A stretch of DNA of 50,914 bases, from positions 1 through 50,914 of the IMG/VR virus record IMGVR_UViG_3300046167_000433; one strand, 5' to 3'. The stretch is from a virus (lineage: Duplodnaviria > Caudoviricetes). Positions 9,660-19,967 of the stretch are shown here, piece by piece (position 1 is the stretch's first letter; every line of letters begins with the position of its first letter). The notes below the pieces were generated by a model. It saw only the letters and a list, made by a program, of their open reading frames with translations, did not search any database and was not told the origin of the DNA. The position numbers were made by a program, and so were the translations under genes.

Positions 9660-10427
9660 ATGGCGGTTAAGTTCAGTAATAACGTCAAGACCGAGCTTGC
9701 TTCTGCAATAAACAGTTCTGCAACAAGCATATCGGTCACAGATGCGTCTGGCTTCCCGACTCTGTCGGGCAGTGACTTTACGCTGGCGACCATCGTTGAC
9801 ACCGGCAACTCTGCGCTTCTCGAAGTTGTAAAGGTTACGGGAATCTCAAGCAATACGCTGACGGTAGTAAGGGCGCAGGAAGGCACAACGGCAAGAGCCT
9901 TTGACTCGTCCGATAAGGTTGAGCTTCGCCTGACCGCAGGACTTCTAGAGACGGCTATAGACGATGCGTCAGGCGGTATTTCCTACGCCCGAGTTACGGC
10001 TAACCACACGATGGTTGCTGGTACGGGAGTTATCGCTGACACGACGGGGGGTGCGTTTACCGTAACCCTACCGGCCTCTCCGTCTGTCGGTGATGAAGTT
10101 GCTATTGCTGACGGCGGAAGCTGGGGCGTTGCCTACCTTACGGTGGCTCGTAACGGGTCAACGATTGAAGGGCTTGCGGAAGACTTAACGCTAGATGTTA
10201 GCGGACTAAAGGTGGGTCTTGTGTATGACGGCACCACTTGGCAGGTATATCCATCAGCGGGAATTTTTGCTGGCGCATCAGGCGGTGCGTTTTACAAAAA
10301 CAATCAGGTCGTCTCGTCTGACGTAACCATACTATCAACCGAAAATGCGATGACCACTGGCCCAGTAAGCGTCAATTCAGGAGTGAATATGACGATTCAG
10401 TCGGGTGCCAGAGTCGTCGTGTTGTAA
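9660..10427 (+). CDS. Tail fibre-related protein
   Basis: LTVVRAQEGTTARAF..VELRLTAG; DTTGGAFTVTLPASPSVGD; LVYDGTTWQV. Confidence 0.7.
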   Translation: MAVKFSNNVKTELASAINSSATSISVTDASGFPTLSGSDFTLATIVDTGNSALLEVVKVTGISSNTLTVVRAQEGTTARAFDSSDKVELRLTAGLLETAIDDASGGISYARVTANHTMVAGTGVIADTTGGAFTVTLPASPSVGDEVAIADGGSWGVAYLTVARNGSTIEGLAEDLTLDVSGLKVGLVYDGTTWQVYPSAGIFAGASGGAFYKNNQVVSSDVTILSTENAMTTGPVSVNSGVNMTIQSGARVVVL

Positions 10428-10437
10428 GGGATAAATA

Positions 10438-11280
10438 ATGTCGAGAATTGCATTAAATGCTAACGCAAGTGGCTCCGGTGTTTTCACTATTGAGTCGCCC
10501 AACTCCGATACAGATCGGACATTAAACCTGCCTGACAAAGCTGGCACGGTTCAGGTCGGTGAGGGTATTGACGATAACGCTACGTCTACTGCTCTCACTA
10601 TTACGTCAGGTGAGTATGTGGGCTTGGGAAATGCTGATCCTGTTACTCCGTTTGATGTGACTGCTCGCTCAGGCGCATTCGCAATGGCTATGAGAGCTAG
10701 GTCAAATAATGACTATGCCTTTTTTGGCATGAGGTCTTATGACGGCACAGAAGATTTAGGTGACATTGCGATACTGCGTACAGCGGCAGATACAGGTCGG
10801 ATGCTTTTTTATACAAACAACGGCGGTTCCGCGACTGTAAAGATGAGCATTTTGCCTAGTGGCGGGATTACTTTTAACGGCGACACAGCCGCCGCAAATG
10901 CTCTTGATGATTACGAAGAAGGAACGTGGACGCCTTCAATTTCATCGGGCATTAATTCAATTAGCTACAACACTGCAATTGGTCACTACACAAAAGTAGG
11001 AAATCTGGTCAACACGGACTTTTATACGAGGGTTACTGGCACAGGAAGTGGCGCACAATTTGTTGTTTCTGGTCTGCCTTACGCAATAAAAAATACAAAT
11101 GCTATTAGAGGTGGTGGATGGTCAACCTACCAAAACATTTCCAGCAATACTGTGCAGTTTTACGGATCCCAAGGAGGAACTTTTTTCTATTGTTATATTA
11201 ATGGATATAGCACTTTTACAACGACAAGTAGTCTCAACGGCCATTTTTTAATTGGCACATTTAGCTATATCACCGCTTAA
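10438..11280 (+). CDS. Tail fibre protein (paralog A)
   Basis: GIDDNATSTA and ANALDDYEEGTWTP...YTKVGNLV modules. Confidence 0.75.
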   Translation: MSRIALNANASGSGVFTIESPNSDTDRTLNLPDKAGTVQVGEGIDDNATSTALTITSGEYVGLGNADPVTPFDVTARSGAFAMAMRARSNNDYAFFGMRSYDGTEDLGDIAILRTAADTGRMLFYTNNGGSATVKMSILPSGGITFNGDTAAANALDDYEEGTWTPSISSGINSISYNTAIGHYTKVGNLVNTDFYTRVTGTGSGAQFVVSGLPYAIKNTNAIRGGGWSTYQNISSNTVQFYGSQGGTFFYCYINGYSTFTTTSSLNGHFLIGTFSYITA

Positions 11281-11282
11281 CA

Positions 11283-11347
11283 ATTACCCCTCTCGGAGAT
11301 TGGGGCAGACAGTCCATAGCCAAAGGAGATAAACATGGCACTCACAG
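11283..11347 (+). repeat. 65-bp direct repeat, copy 1 (structured intergenic leader + RBS + first codons)
   Basis: 61/65 identical to 17186-17250. Confidence 0.9.
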
Positions 11348-11592
11348 AATCAGTAGAAGTAGACAAGGTAGAAATCGTAGGCCCGTACAAGGCAGTGCAA
11401 GTTCGCACGGCTACGGTTATCTACAAAGATGACGTAGAAATCTCTCGCGGGTTCCATCGTCACGTTATCAGTGCAGGCGATGACTATAGCAACGAGACAG
11501 AAGAAGTGCAGGCTATCTGTGCCGCTGTTCACACTCAGGAAGTTATCGACGCTAAGGAAGAGAATGATGCCGCTAACGCGCCGCAGGGGTAA
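11335..11592 (+). CDS. Small tail-fibre-associated protein
   Basis: AAGGAG RBS; VQVRTATVI.KDDVEISR.FHRHVI, EVQAICAAVHT; follows the DDYEEGTW fibre gene. Confidence 0.75.
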   Translation: MALTESVEVDKVEIVGPYKAVQVRTATVIYKDDVEISRGFHRHVISAGDDYSNETEEVQAICAAVHTQEVIDAKEENDAANAPQG

Positions 11593-11594
11593 AA

Positions 11595-12008
11595 ATGTCT
11601 GACCTAAACGTACAAAATCTCAACAGCAAGACAGGCAACTCAGCGATCTCTATTGCTGATAACGGCACTGTCTCGTTGTCTACTGCGGCGTCTGGTTCCA
11701 CCCAAACAGCTAACGCTACAAACTCGACAACTCTGGACTTCAGCACCTATCAGAACTTTGTTTTGACGCTGACAGGTAACGTCACGCTGGCTAACCCCAC
11801 GACTGAGGCAGTAGGGCAGTCAGGTTTCATCGTGATGATTCAAGACGGTACTGGTGGACGTACTGTGTCTCTTGGTACTGACTACGAGACTGCTAATGGA
11901 GCAGGGCTTACCCTGTCTTCTGCCGCAAGCACTACAGACATTGTGCCTTACGTTGTTGCCGCAGGTGGTCGCATCTTGCTTGGCGCGGCACAACTCGCGT
12001 TTGCGTAG
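11595..12008 (+). CDS. Tail fibre-associated protein
   Basis: NFVLTLTGNVTLANPT..GQSG.I..IQDGTGGRT. Confidence 0.7.
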   Translation: MSDLNVQNLNSKTGNSAISIADNGTVSLSTAASGSTQTANATNSTTLDFSTYQNFVLTLTGNVTLANPTTEAVGQSGFIVMIQDGTGGRTVSLGTDYETANGAGLTLSSAASTTDIVPYVVAAGGRILLGAAQLAFA

Positions 12009-12017
12009 AGGTTAGCT

Positions 12018-14378
12018 ATGGCCTTTGGCTCAGAACAATGGATGTATGCATCGGGCTTCTATCCGCATGAGATAGGTAACTCTTCGCGTGTAAATAACGG
12101 CACCTATTACACAAGAACACCCTCGTCTGGTGGTAATGAAAAAACTTGGACATGGAGTGCTTGGGTAAAAAACAGCGGCGTAACCATCGGAGGATACCTT
12201 TTAAGTGCGGGCGCGTCAGGAAATAGAGAGTTCCTTATCTACTTTGATGGTACAAACCAGAGAATTAACGTATATCAATACAGTTCTGGTGCTGTACGGG
12301 CATCAGTAATAACAAGCGCACAATTTCGTGACCCTTCCGCTTGGTACCATTTTGTTGTAGCGGTAGATACGACTCAGACAACAGCATCAGACAGACTTAA
12401 AATATACGTCAATGGCGAGCAACAAACTGATTTTGCTTCTGCTCAGTATCCAGCCCAAAATTTAGATACGCTTGTATCCTCTACTGATATTCACGATATA
12501 GGTAAAAATGCTTACAACCAGAATGTCTTTTCTAACTTTTATATAACTGAAGTTAATTACATAAACGGCTCTGCGTTGACTGCTTCTAGCTTTGGCGAAA
12601 CCAAGGCAGACACATGGATTCCTAAGAAGTACGCAGGCAGTTATGGCAGTCACGATTACTACCTAAACTTTGCTACTAGGGCTACTAATCCTATCGACGC
12701 TTCAGGTCAAGGAAACAACTGGACAAGCGTAAACGTAGCGGCAGTGTCTTGGATGCTTGATAGCCCGACGAATAACTTTTGTACGTTGAATCCTTTGGCG
12801 CAATTTGGTTCCCCACCAATTTCAGAAGGTAATTTAAAAGTAGAACTGGCTAACGGCTCTGATGGTGTGTTTGCTTCTATTCAGCCTACTGGCAAGAAAT
12901 ATTATTGGGAGGCGCTTTTATTATCTGGGATAGAAGGCTATGGGGTAATGGCAAATAGCGGAAACGCCTCCAGTGCTACCAATACTCTTTACTATACAGA
13001 TGGTCGTATTTATGTAGCTAACTCTTTAGTTACTAGTTCAGCGACCACTGCAACGAGCGGAGATATTATAGGTATTGAGTATGACCCTACCGCAGAGACA
13101 ATAAAGTTCTTCAAAAATAATACCCAGATAGGAAGCACTTATGCCGCAACAGGCGATGGGCTACTCCCATTTGCAGGAGGAACGGGTAATGGCTCTGGCG
13201 TTAGCGTATTCAACTTTGGTCAAGCCTCTGATTTTGCTGGGAACAAAACAGCACAAGGCAACACAGACGCCAACGGACTTGGTGACTTCTACTACGCACC
13301 ACCAGCAGGCTTCCTAGCCCTATGTACGGCTAACCTGCCTGATCCAGCAACGGCGTTTAATCCTGCTGTAAACAACAGCCCACAAGATCACTTTAATACT
13401 GTGCTGTACACGGGTAACGGTAGCACTAACAACATTACAGGCGTTGGGTTTCAGCCTGACTTTGTGTGGATAAAATCAAGAAGTGAAACATACTGGCACC
13501 GTGCGTTTGATGTACTTAGAGGTGCAACAAAACAGTTATACCAAAATGAGAGTTCCGCTGAAGCTACAGAAAGTACGTCACTAACCGCTTTTGGTAGCGA
13601 TGGCTTTACCCTTGGCAGTTTTCAATATACCAATAACAATAACAGTACCTTTGTCTCTTGGAACTGGAAAGCCAGTAATAGTGCTGGATACAACAATGAC
13701 GGCACTATTCAATCTATCGTGTCTGCTAATACTGATGCTGGATTTAGTGTTGTTGCCTACACCGTCCCTTCTGGCGGGGGTTTTTCTGTAGGTCACGGAT
13801 TAAACTCTACCCCAAAAATAATTTTGTCAAAAAATCGTGACACCACTTCAAATTGGGATGTGTATAGCGAAGTCATTGGAAATACAAAAAGGTTGATGCT
13901 AAACCTCACCAACGCCCCTGACACACAGCCAGCATGGAATAACACTACGCCCACCTCTTCTGTTTTTTATAGTGTTGGTGGAGGCTCTTGGCATGGAGTT
14001 GGTAGCCGAATAATAAATTATGTATTTAGTGAAGTAGAAGGTTTCAGCAAGTTCGGAACGTACACAGGCAACGGAAGCGCAGACGGCCCCTTTATCTACA
14101 CAGGGTTTAGGCCAGCTTTTGTGATGTTTAAGCGCACTGACTCAGCGGTAAATTGGGTAATGTATGACACATCCCGCGACCCCTATAACTATGTTGATAA
14201 TACTCTGTATCCAGACGAAGCTTGGGCCGAAAACCCTGCTGGTTCAGCGCTGTTAGATATTGTAAGCAACGGATTTAAATTAAGGAGTGCTGGTGGTACT
14301 GCTCTAAACACAAGTAGTGGGACTTATCTTTACATGGCATTTGCTGAGATGCCCTTCAAATACGCCAACGCGAGGTAA
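12018..14378 (+). CDS. Concanavalin A-like/SPRY-like lectin-domain tail protein
   Basis: WTWSAWVK, FRDPSAWYH, DSPTNNFCTLNPL, GFQPDFVWIK, YMAFAE.PFKYANAR. Confidence 0.8.
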   Translation: MAFGSEQWMYASGFYPHEIGNSSRVNNGTYYTRTPSSGGNEKTWTWSAWVKNSGVTIGGYLLSAGASGNREFLIYFDGTNQRINVYQYSSGAVRASVITSAQFRDPSAWYHFVVAVDTTQTTASDRLKIYVNGEQQTDFASAQYPAQNLDTLVSSTDIHDIGKNAYNQNVFSNFYITEVNYINGSALTASSFGETKADTWIPKKYAGSYGSHDYYLNFATRATNPIDASGQGNNWTSVNVAAVSWMLDSPTNNFCTLNPLAQFGSPPISEGNLKVELANGSDGVFASIQPTGKKYYWEALLLSGIEGYGVMANSGNASSATNTLYYTDGRIYVANSLVTSSATTATSGDIIGIEYDPTAETIKFFKNNTQIGSTYAATGDGLLPFAGGTGNGSGVSVFNFGQASDFAGNKTAQGNTDANGLGDFYYAPPAGFLALCTANLPDPATAFNPAVNNSPQDHFNTVLYTGNGSTNNITGVGFQPDFVWIKSRSETYWHRAFDVLRGATKQLYQNESSAEATESTSLTAFGSDGFTLGSFQYTNNNNSTFVSWNWKASNSAGYNNDGTIQSIVSANTDAGFSVVAYTVPSGGGFSVGHGLNSTPKIILSKNRDTTSNWDVYSEVIGNTKRLMLNLTNAPDTQPAWNNTTPTSSVFYSVGGGSWHGVGSRIINYVFSEVEGFSKFGTYTGNGSADGPFIYTGFRPAFVMFKRTDSAVNWVMYDTSRDPYNYVDNTLYPDEAWAENPAGSALLDIVSNGFKLRSAGGTALNTSSGTYLYMAFAEMPFKYANAR

Positions 14379-14383
14379 CAACA

Positions 14384-14908
14384 ATGGCATGGAGATATAA
14401 CGACAGCGTTATCCGCGAAGGCAGAAGCTGGACGGATGATGATGGAATTAAGCATCCCTCTAATTGGGGGTCATGGTCAGACGAAGAGAAGACTGAAGCT
14501 GGTCTAGCGTGGGTAGATGACCCTGCTCCGTTTGACTCACGGTTTTACTGGGCGGCAGACGTACCCAAGTCGCTAGATGACGTACACGAAGTAGACGAAG
14601 ACGGCGAGCCTGCTTACGGCCCAGACGGTAAACCCGTTGTAACGCTGGGCCTAAAGTCTCAAGAGTGCGCCAAGGTCAAAGCACAGGCAGGTAGCTTGCT
14701 GGCTTCTACTGATTGGTACGTTATACGCAAGTCTGAAACTGACGTTGCTGTACCCGCTGATGTGCTGACTTACAGAGCGGCTGTACGCACACGCTCAGGT
14801 GATCTTGAAAGCGCAATCAACGCTTGCGAAACACACGATGCTTTTATGGCTCTCTTTGAATCGACAGAAGAGCAACCCTCAATATTCTCAAACTGGCCCG
14901 AGATGTAA
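14384..14908 (+). CDS. Tail fibre assembly chaperone-like protein
   Basis: LLASTDWYVIRK...YRAAVR...NWP C-terminus. Confidence 0.7.
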   Translation: MAWRYNDSVIREGRSWTDDDGIKHPSNWGSWSDEEKTEAGLAWVDDPAPFDSRFYWAADVPKSLDDVHEVDEDGEPAYGPDGKPVVTLGLKSQECAKVKAQAGSLLASTDWYVIRKSETDVAVPADVLTYRAAVRTRSGDLESAINACETHDAFMALFESTEEQPSIFSNWPEM

Positions 14909-14912
14909 GAAT

Positions 14913-16383
14913 ATGGCAAAGCTATCTGACTATGTAGATCAAGGCAGTACAACCTCCGAGATTAAGTTGCTCGACAGTATTACTACGTCAGCTACAGCCA
15001 CTTACGCTCTAACAAAAAATGGAACTGCTTACTCGCCGGACTCTGCTCGCAACCTAATAGTGTCATTGAACGGAGTGACGCAAGCACCTCAAGCTGCCTA
15101 CACAGGTGTCAGGGTCTAACATCGTGTTCGATTCTGCTCTGACCAGCGCGGATGTCATCGATTACATTCTGGTTATTGGCAGTGCAATAAGCATTGGTAC
15201 GCCATCAGACGGGACTGTGGGTACAGCGCAGATGAGTTATCCGCTGGGCAACTTTAGCTCTACTGGTATTGATGATAATGCTACGTCAACGGCAGTCACA
15301 ATTGATTCTTCTGGCAATCTCTTAATGAACACCACTAAAGAGATTCAGTTCTATGCTTCAACGTATGGAATTCGAGCGTCTACTGGATTAGAAATAAAGA
15401 CCGGCGACTTTACGCGCTTCTTGAAAGGAAGCACTGAATATATGCGTATTGATACCTCTGGTAACGTAGGAATTGGCACTACGAGTCCGGTAGCAGGAAC
15501 AAAGTTAACGCTTAATGACAGTGCTTTTGGTGGTATGCAGTTTCAAAGTGGTGGTTCTGATTGTGGTTACATTGGCGTAAACACCAACACACTTTATATA
15601 GGTGGCGGCGAAAAAATAGTATTTCACACAGGGAATGCACAAGCTGTTGATGGCTCTAGTCGGATGCGTATCGACAGTAATGGAAAGCTTCTGATCAATA
15701 GATCTTCTACTAGCGGATCACCTTCAATGCTGTCTCTTCAACAAGTAGGAGGAAATTTTAGTAGCACAACTGTAACTAGAACAGAAATGACAGGAATTAC
15801 TCTAGCTGACAGTAATGGTGCCAACAATAAGGGTACTGGTATTTGGTTTGATTCAGGTTCTCTGTTAGCTGGAATAGCATCAGCTAGGGAAAATGTAGGA
15901 AACTGGGGAACAGATTTAAGGTTTTATACTCACCCCAATACTACCACTAATGTAAGCGATACTTACGAGCGGATGAGGATCACTCCAGCAGGACAACTAA
16001 TTCTCCGTGCTGTGAAAGACGATACAACATCAGACAGTGCAAACATGAACATCAGGTCGGCTGATGGTTTAGTTAGACGAGTTAGTTCAAGTAGACGTTA
16101 CAAAAACTCTATTGTTGATTCGCCACACGGACTTAATGAACTGCTTGCGTTACGTTCGGTACGCTACAAAGGGAACAACGACGGCGATAAAATTTTTGGT
16201 GGTTTTATTGCTGAAGAAGTTCACGAAGCAGGGCTAACTGAGTTTGTCCAATACAACGAAGAAAATGAGCCTGATGCTTTAGCGTATGCACAGATGGTAG
16301 CTCTTTGCACGAAAGCCATCCAAGAACAACAAGCAATCATTGAAGAACTACAGACCCGACTCTCTGCGTTGGAGGCTAACTAA
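14913..16383 (+). CDS. Tail fibre with C-terminal intramolecular chaperone (peptidase S74); apparent +1 frameshift at ~15105
   Basis: SLNGVTQAP..AYT|VSGSNIVF joins on removing one G; SSRRYK, GFIAEEV, KAIQEQQ..IEELQTRLSALE. Confidence 0.8.
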
Positions 16384-17183
16384 TGGCTATTACTAAAACA
16401 CAAGGCCCGTTCTCCCAAGGCATTGACGATAACGCAGATGCTACTGCGATAACTATCAATAGTTCTGAGCAGGTTGGCATTGGTACTACGAGTCCTACTG
16501 ACAAGCTACACGTTTCGGTAGGTTCATCGGGCGCATCTGCTCACTCTTATACTGATCTTTTGCTAGAAAGCAGTTCGCACACGGCTATTCAAATTTCTGG
16601 CCCTAATACAGCAGAGCAGGCAATTTGGTTTGCTGATCCACAAGCATCAACGGCGGGTGGAATTATGTACTACCACCCCCATAACTCTCTGACATTTAGG
16701 ACGGCAGAAACAAGCCGACTGCGCGTTGATAGTGATGGGTTGAAGTTTGGGAATGATACAGCCGCCTCTAATGCTTTAGACGATTACGAAGAAGGAACGT
16801 GGACGCCTACTATTGAGGGGTATGGTCAAACCACCCCAGCGTCACAAACATATTCCTCTCAAGTAGGGCGTTACATAAAAGTAGGCCATCTTGTTTTAGC
16901 GACTTACGCAGTCACCTTTACTAGTAAAGGCAATATGTCTGGTAACTATGTTTTGCTCAAGGGCTGGCCGTTTAATAGGGCCAACGCCAATACTTATGGC
17001 GGCATAGGGTATTTTAATCATATGTCTACGGGTGTGAGTTCTATGTGGTGGGAGCTAACGAACTCAGCCGGTTGGTTGGCTTACGTCAGTACGTCAGGCA
17101 ATACCACTTCTACATATATGACAGCATCAGGAATTAGTAACAGCACCATTATTCAAGGCTCCGTAGTCTATTACGCCACATAA
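16383..17183 (+). CDS. Tail fibre protein (paralog B)
   Basis: GIDDNADATA, SNALDDYEEGTWTP, GRYIKVGHLV. Confidence 0.75.
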   Translation: MAITKTQGPFSQGIDDNADATAITINSSEQVGIGTTSPTDKLHVSVGSSGASAHSYTDLLLESSSHTAIQISGPNTAEQAIWFADPQASTAGGIMYYHPHNSLTFRTAETSRLRVDSDGLKFGNDTAASNALDDYEEGTWTPTIEGYGQTTPASQTYSSQVGRYIKVGHLVLATYAVTFTSKGNMSGNYVLLKGWPFNRANANTYGGIGYFNHMSTGVSSMWWELTNSAGWLAYVSTSGNTTSTYMTASGISNSTIIQGSVVYYAT

Positions 17184-17185
17184 CC

Positions 17186-17250
17186 ATTACCCCTCTTAGA
17201 GATTGGGGCGGACAGTCCATAGCCAAAGGAGATAAACATGGCACTTACAG
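17186..17250 (+). repeat. 65-bp direct repeat, copy 2
   Basis: 61/65 identical to 11283-11347. Confidence 0.9.
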
Positions 17251-17279
17251 GCGCAACTGCAAACAGCATAAACGAGTAA
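17238..17279 (+). pseudogene. 13-codon remnant of the 11335..11592 paralog (MALTGATANSINE)
   Basis: Same RBS and first four codons (MALT) as 11335, then divergence and early stop. Confidence 0.55.
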
Positions 17280-17301
17280 TTTCCTAGAATCCAAGGAGAG
17301 G

Positions 17302-17514
17302 ATGATGTCAGAAGAGACAATCAGCATTGATGGTGTTGAGCATGACCTAGATTCTTTGTCTGATGAGCAGAAATATATGCTCAGCCAGATACAAGATATT
17401 CAGAAGAAAGCGGCATCACTGCGTTTTTCTTTAGATCAGTTAACCGTGGCACAGGATGTGTTTACACAAAATTTAGTTGGCTCTCTAAAGGGAGATGATC
17501 AGGAGGCGGCATGA
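17302..17514 (+). CDS. Small coiled-coil protein (DUF6447-like)
   Basis: ISIDGVEHDLDSLSDEQK pattern; AAGGAG RBS. Confidence 0.65.
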   Translation: MMSEETISIDGVEHDLDSLSDEQKYMLSQIQDIQKKAASLRFSLDQLTVAQDVFTQNLVGSLKGDDQEAA

Positions 17515-17753
17515 ACTGGGTAAAGGATTACCTGATAAATATTCTGGCGGCAATCAGCCAGCTTTGTAATGCAGTAATTGGGGGAAACCCAAACCTTACC
17601 GTCAGTGCGCGGTGTCACTTAATGCAACATCACTGGTTCTGGGGTGCGTTTCGCAAGGTTCTAAACTGGGCTTTCTGGATGCAGAAAGACCACTGCAAGG
17701 AATCGTGGAGGGGAGACGTTGTCTTCTGTGAGACGGTAAGAAGGCACGGTTAA
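17511..17753 (+). CDS. Hypothetical protein
   Basis: ATGA coupling; SQLCNAVIGGNP..TVSAR...DHC..SW motif. Confidence 0.7.
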   Translation: MNWVKDYLINILAAISQLCNAVIGGNPNLTVSARCHLMQHHWFWGAFRKVLNWAFWMQKDHCKESWRGDVVFCETVRRHG

Positions 17754-18133
17754 TGAGCTTTCTAACCGCGTTAATCAGCCCAATTACCAGCCTTCTTGGT
17801 GGCTACCTCAACAACAAGCATGAGGAAAGTCAGGCCAAGCATCAGGCAAAGATGGAGGTCATTAAGAATGACGCCAACTGGGAAACGCTCATGGCTGGAG
17901 CTACGGCGTCTAGCTGGAAAGATGAGTGGTTTACGATTTTGCTCTCTACTCCAATTCTGGCTGTTATCTGGGGCGTTGCTTTTGATGACAGCAGTGTCAT
18001 GGGCCGCGTTCATGTCGGGCTTGATGCTTTGGCTTCTCTTCCTGAGTGGTATCAGTACCTTCTCTTCGTCGCTGTTACTGCCAGCTTCGGTATTCGCGGC
18101 GCGGACAAAATAATGGAACTGAGAAAGAAATGA
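17753..18133 (+). CDS. Putative holin
   Basis: Hydrophobic segments, SWKDEW, LPEWYQ, ASFGIRG, basic C-terminus. Confidence 0.65.
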   Translation: MSFLTALISPITSLLGGYLNNKHEESQAKHQAKMEVIKNDANWETLMAGATASSWKDEWFTILLSTPILAVIWGVAFDDSSVMGRVHVGLDALASLPEWYQYLLFVAVTASFGIRGADKIMELRKK

Positions 18134-18330
18134 ATCCAGAGACGTTTGATCAGTGGAGGCTAATACCGAGGCTGTTAATGATCACGATGCTAATCAGCAC
18201 TTATCGTGTTGTTGAGTGGTACATGGCGTTACCCGATCCTTCAACTCAGCAAACCACGCTGGTGTCGATCATGACGGGAATGCTCTCAGGTTCTTTTGGA
18301 TTATTTTTAGGTAGCGGGAGGAAAGAGTAA
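18130..18330 (+). CDS. Small 2-TM membrane protein (holin-like)
   Basis: ATGA coupling at 18130; MNPETFDQWRLIPRLLM...WYMALPDP; two TM segments. Confidence 0.6.
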   Translation: MNPETFDQWRLIPRLLMITMLISTYRVVEWYMALPDPSTQQTTLVSIMTGMLSGSFGLFLGSGRKE

Positions 18331-19967
18331 TGGTCGCTATAAACATCTCTGCATTTGGCGGCATGTCTGAAAAGCTGTCACCGAGACTTCTTCCTGACAC
18401 CATGAGTGAGTATGCGGAGAACATCGACTTCAGTCACGGCACGATGAGGGGCCTGAGATCTGACGCATCTGTAACGCTAACTATGGCTCTCGGTACCTTA
18501 AATAGCGGCACTGAGACTTTGTTTAAAACGCAGGAGGGAGCATGGCTAACCTTCCAAGATGATGTGGACGTTGTTGAGAGTCCTGTTGCTGGCGATATCT
18601 ATGATCGAGTGTACTTAACAGGATACGGATCCTATCCTCAGATCACGTCATCGCCGTATAACAACGTGTATAAGCTAGGCCTGCCGAGGCCAAATGCACC
18701 CACCGTGACTCTAAGCCCGACAACCTCTGGCAATACCGATACAGAAACGCCTATCAGTAGAGCCTACCTCGTTACACTGGTCACTGCGTTTGGCGAGGAA
18801 AGTGCGCCCTCTCTAGTATCAACAAGCGATATCGTTGATGTCTATACAGACCAGACTGTAACCATAGCTGTTGGCAGTGCGCCGTCTGGAAGAAACTACG
18901 CATCTATCCGCGTGTATAGAACAGACGACGACGGCGTGTTTCGCTTTCTAGTTCAGAAGACGGCTAGTGGTGACACCTTTACTGACACCTCTCCAGACAC
19001 ATCACTTGGGGAAGAAGTTCCTAGCGCCGACTGGATAGCCCCTAATGACAGCATGATCGGCCTAACCGCAATGCCGAACGGGATTACTGCTGGGTTCTTT
19101 GGTAACACTTTGTGCTTCTCCGAGGCGTATCTCCCTCACGCGTGGCCAGAGGCGTATCAGCTTACGACCACCTATCCTATTGTTGGCTTATCGCCCACGG
19201 ATACAGGCCTGATTGTTCTTACTGAGGGCAAGCCATACATCGTGCAGGGTGCAGATCCGGCAGGCATGGTCATGAATGAGTTAGATATTTCTCAGTCCTG
19301 CCTTTCCAAAAAGTCTATCGTGGATATGGGCGGGTCTGTTATCTACTCATCACCCGATGGCCTTGTGGGAATCTCTCAGTCTGGCTCGAAGGTTTTGACC
19401 GATAACGTATTTACCAAAGAGCAGTGGGATGACTACGCCCCAAGCACGGTCATAGGGTTTAGATGGGAGGATCGGTACGTTGCATTTGCTTCTCGTTCTG
19501 GAGCAACAGCCCCAGAGGGTTTTGTATTAGATCCTAGAGGGGGGCAGAACTCTTTCTCTACGATCAACCAAAGCTGGGACTACGTTGCAGGCTTTAACGA
19601 TTTGGGTACTGATGCGCTCTACCTAGTAAGAAACAACGGTGTGGTTTACACCTTCACTGGCGGCACCGGATACTCAAGCGCACAGTTTTACTCAAAACAT
19701 TTTTTCACTAAGCGCCCAATAAACTTCGGTGTTTGCCAAGTGGCATTTGGAGAGGATCTTGGCGGCGGTGAAACGACAGTAAAAATTTATGCGGGAGAAA
19801 AATCTCCAACAACCTTGATTCACACTCAGTCTATTTCTGCCTCAGAATCTATAGCCACGTTCAGACTTCCCAGTGGTAGTAGGCACAGCATCTTTCAGGC
19901 TCAAGTAACTTCCTCTAGGGAAGTTGCCAATATTGTTATAGCCGAATCTCCGAGAGAAATAACTTGA
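18330..19967 (+). CDS. Tail nozzle/stabilization protein
   Basis: FGGM...SPRLLP N-terminus, FGEESAPS, CFSEAYLPHAWP, YSSPDGLV; position. Confidence 0.65.
   Translation: MVAINISAFGGMSEKLSPRLLPDTMSEYAENIDFSHGTMRGLRSDASVTLTMALGTLNSGTETLFKTQEGAWLTFQDDVDVVESPVAGDIYDRVYLTGYGSYPQITSSPYNNVYKLGLPRPNAPTVTLSPTTSGNTDTETPISRAYLVTLVTAFGEESAPSLVSTSDIVDVYTDQTVTIAVGSAPSGRNYASIRVYRTDDDGVFRFLVQKTASGDTFTDTSPDTSLGEEVPSADWIAPNDSMIGLTAMPNGITAGFFGNTLCFSEAYLPHAWPEAYQLTTTYPIVGLSPTDTGLIVLTEGKPYIVQGADPAGMVMNELDISQSCLSKKSIVDMGGSVIYSSPDGLVGISQSGSKVLTDNVFTKEQWDDYAPSTVIGFRWEDRYVAFASRSGATAPEGFVLDPRGGQNSFSTINQSWDYVAGFNDLGTDALYLVRNNGVVYTFTGGTGYSSAQFYSKHFFTKRPINFGVCQVAFGEDLGGGETTVKIYAGEKSPTTLIHTQSISASESIATFRLPSGSRHSIFQAQVTSSREVANIVIAESPREIT

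Noticed and set aside
10438-17250. Diversity-generating retroelement or invertible shufflon in the tail-fibre block
   Set aside because: No reverse transcriptase or invertase in the window; repeats are direct and the differences are not adenine-specific
17360-17380. CTGATGAGCAGAAA as a second hammerhead
   Set aside because: No room for stem II and no stems I/III; it is coding sequence (SDEQK)
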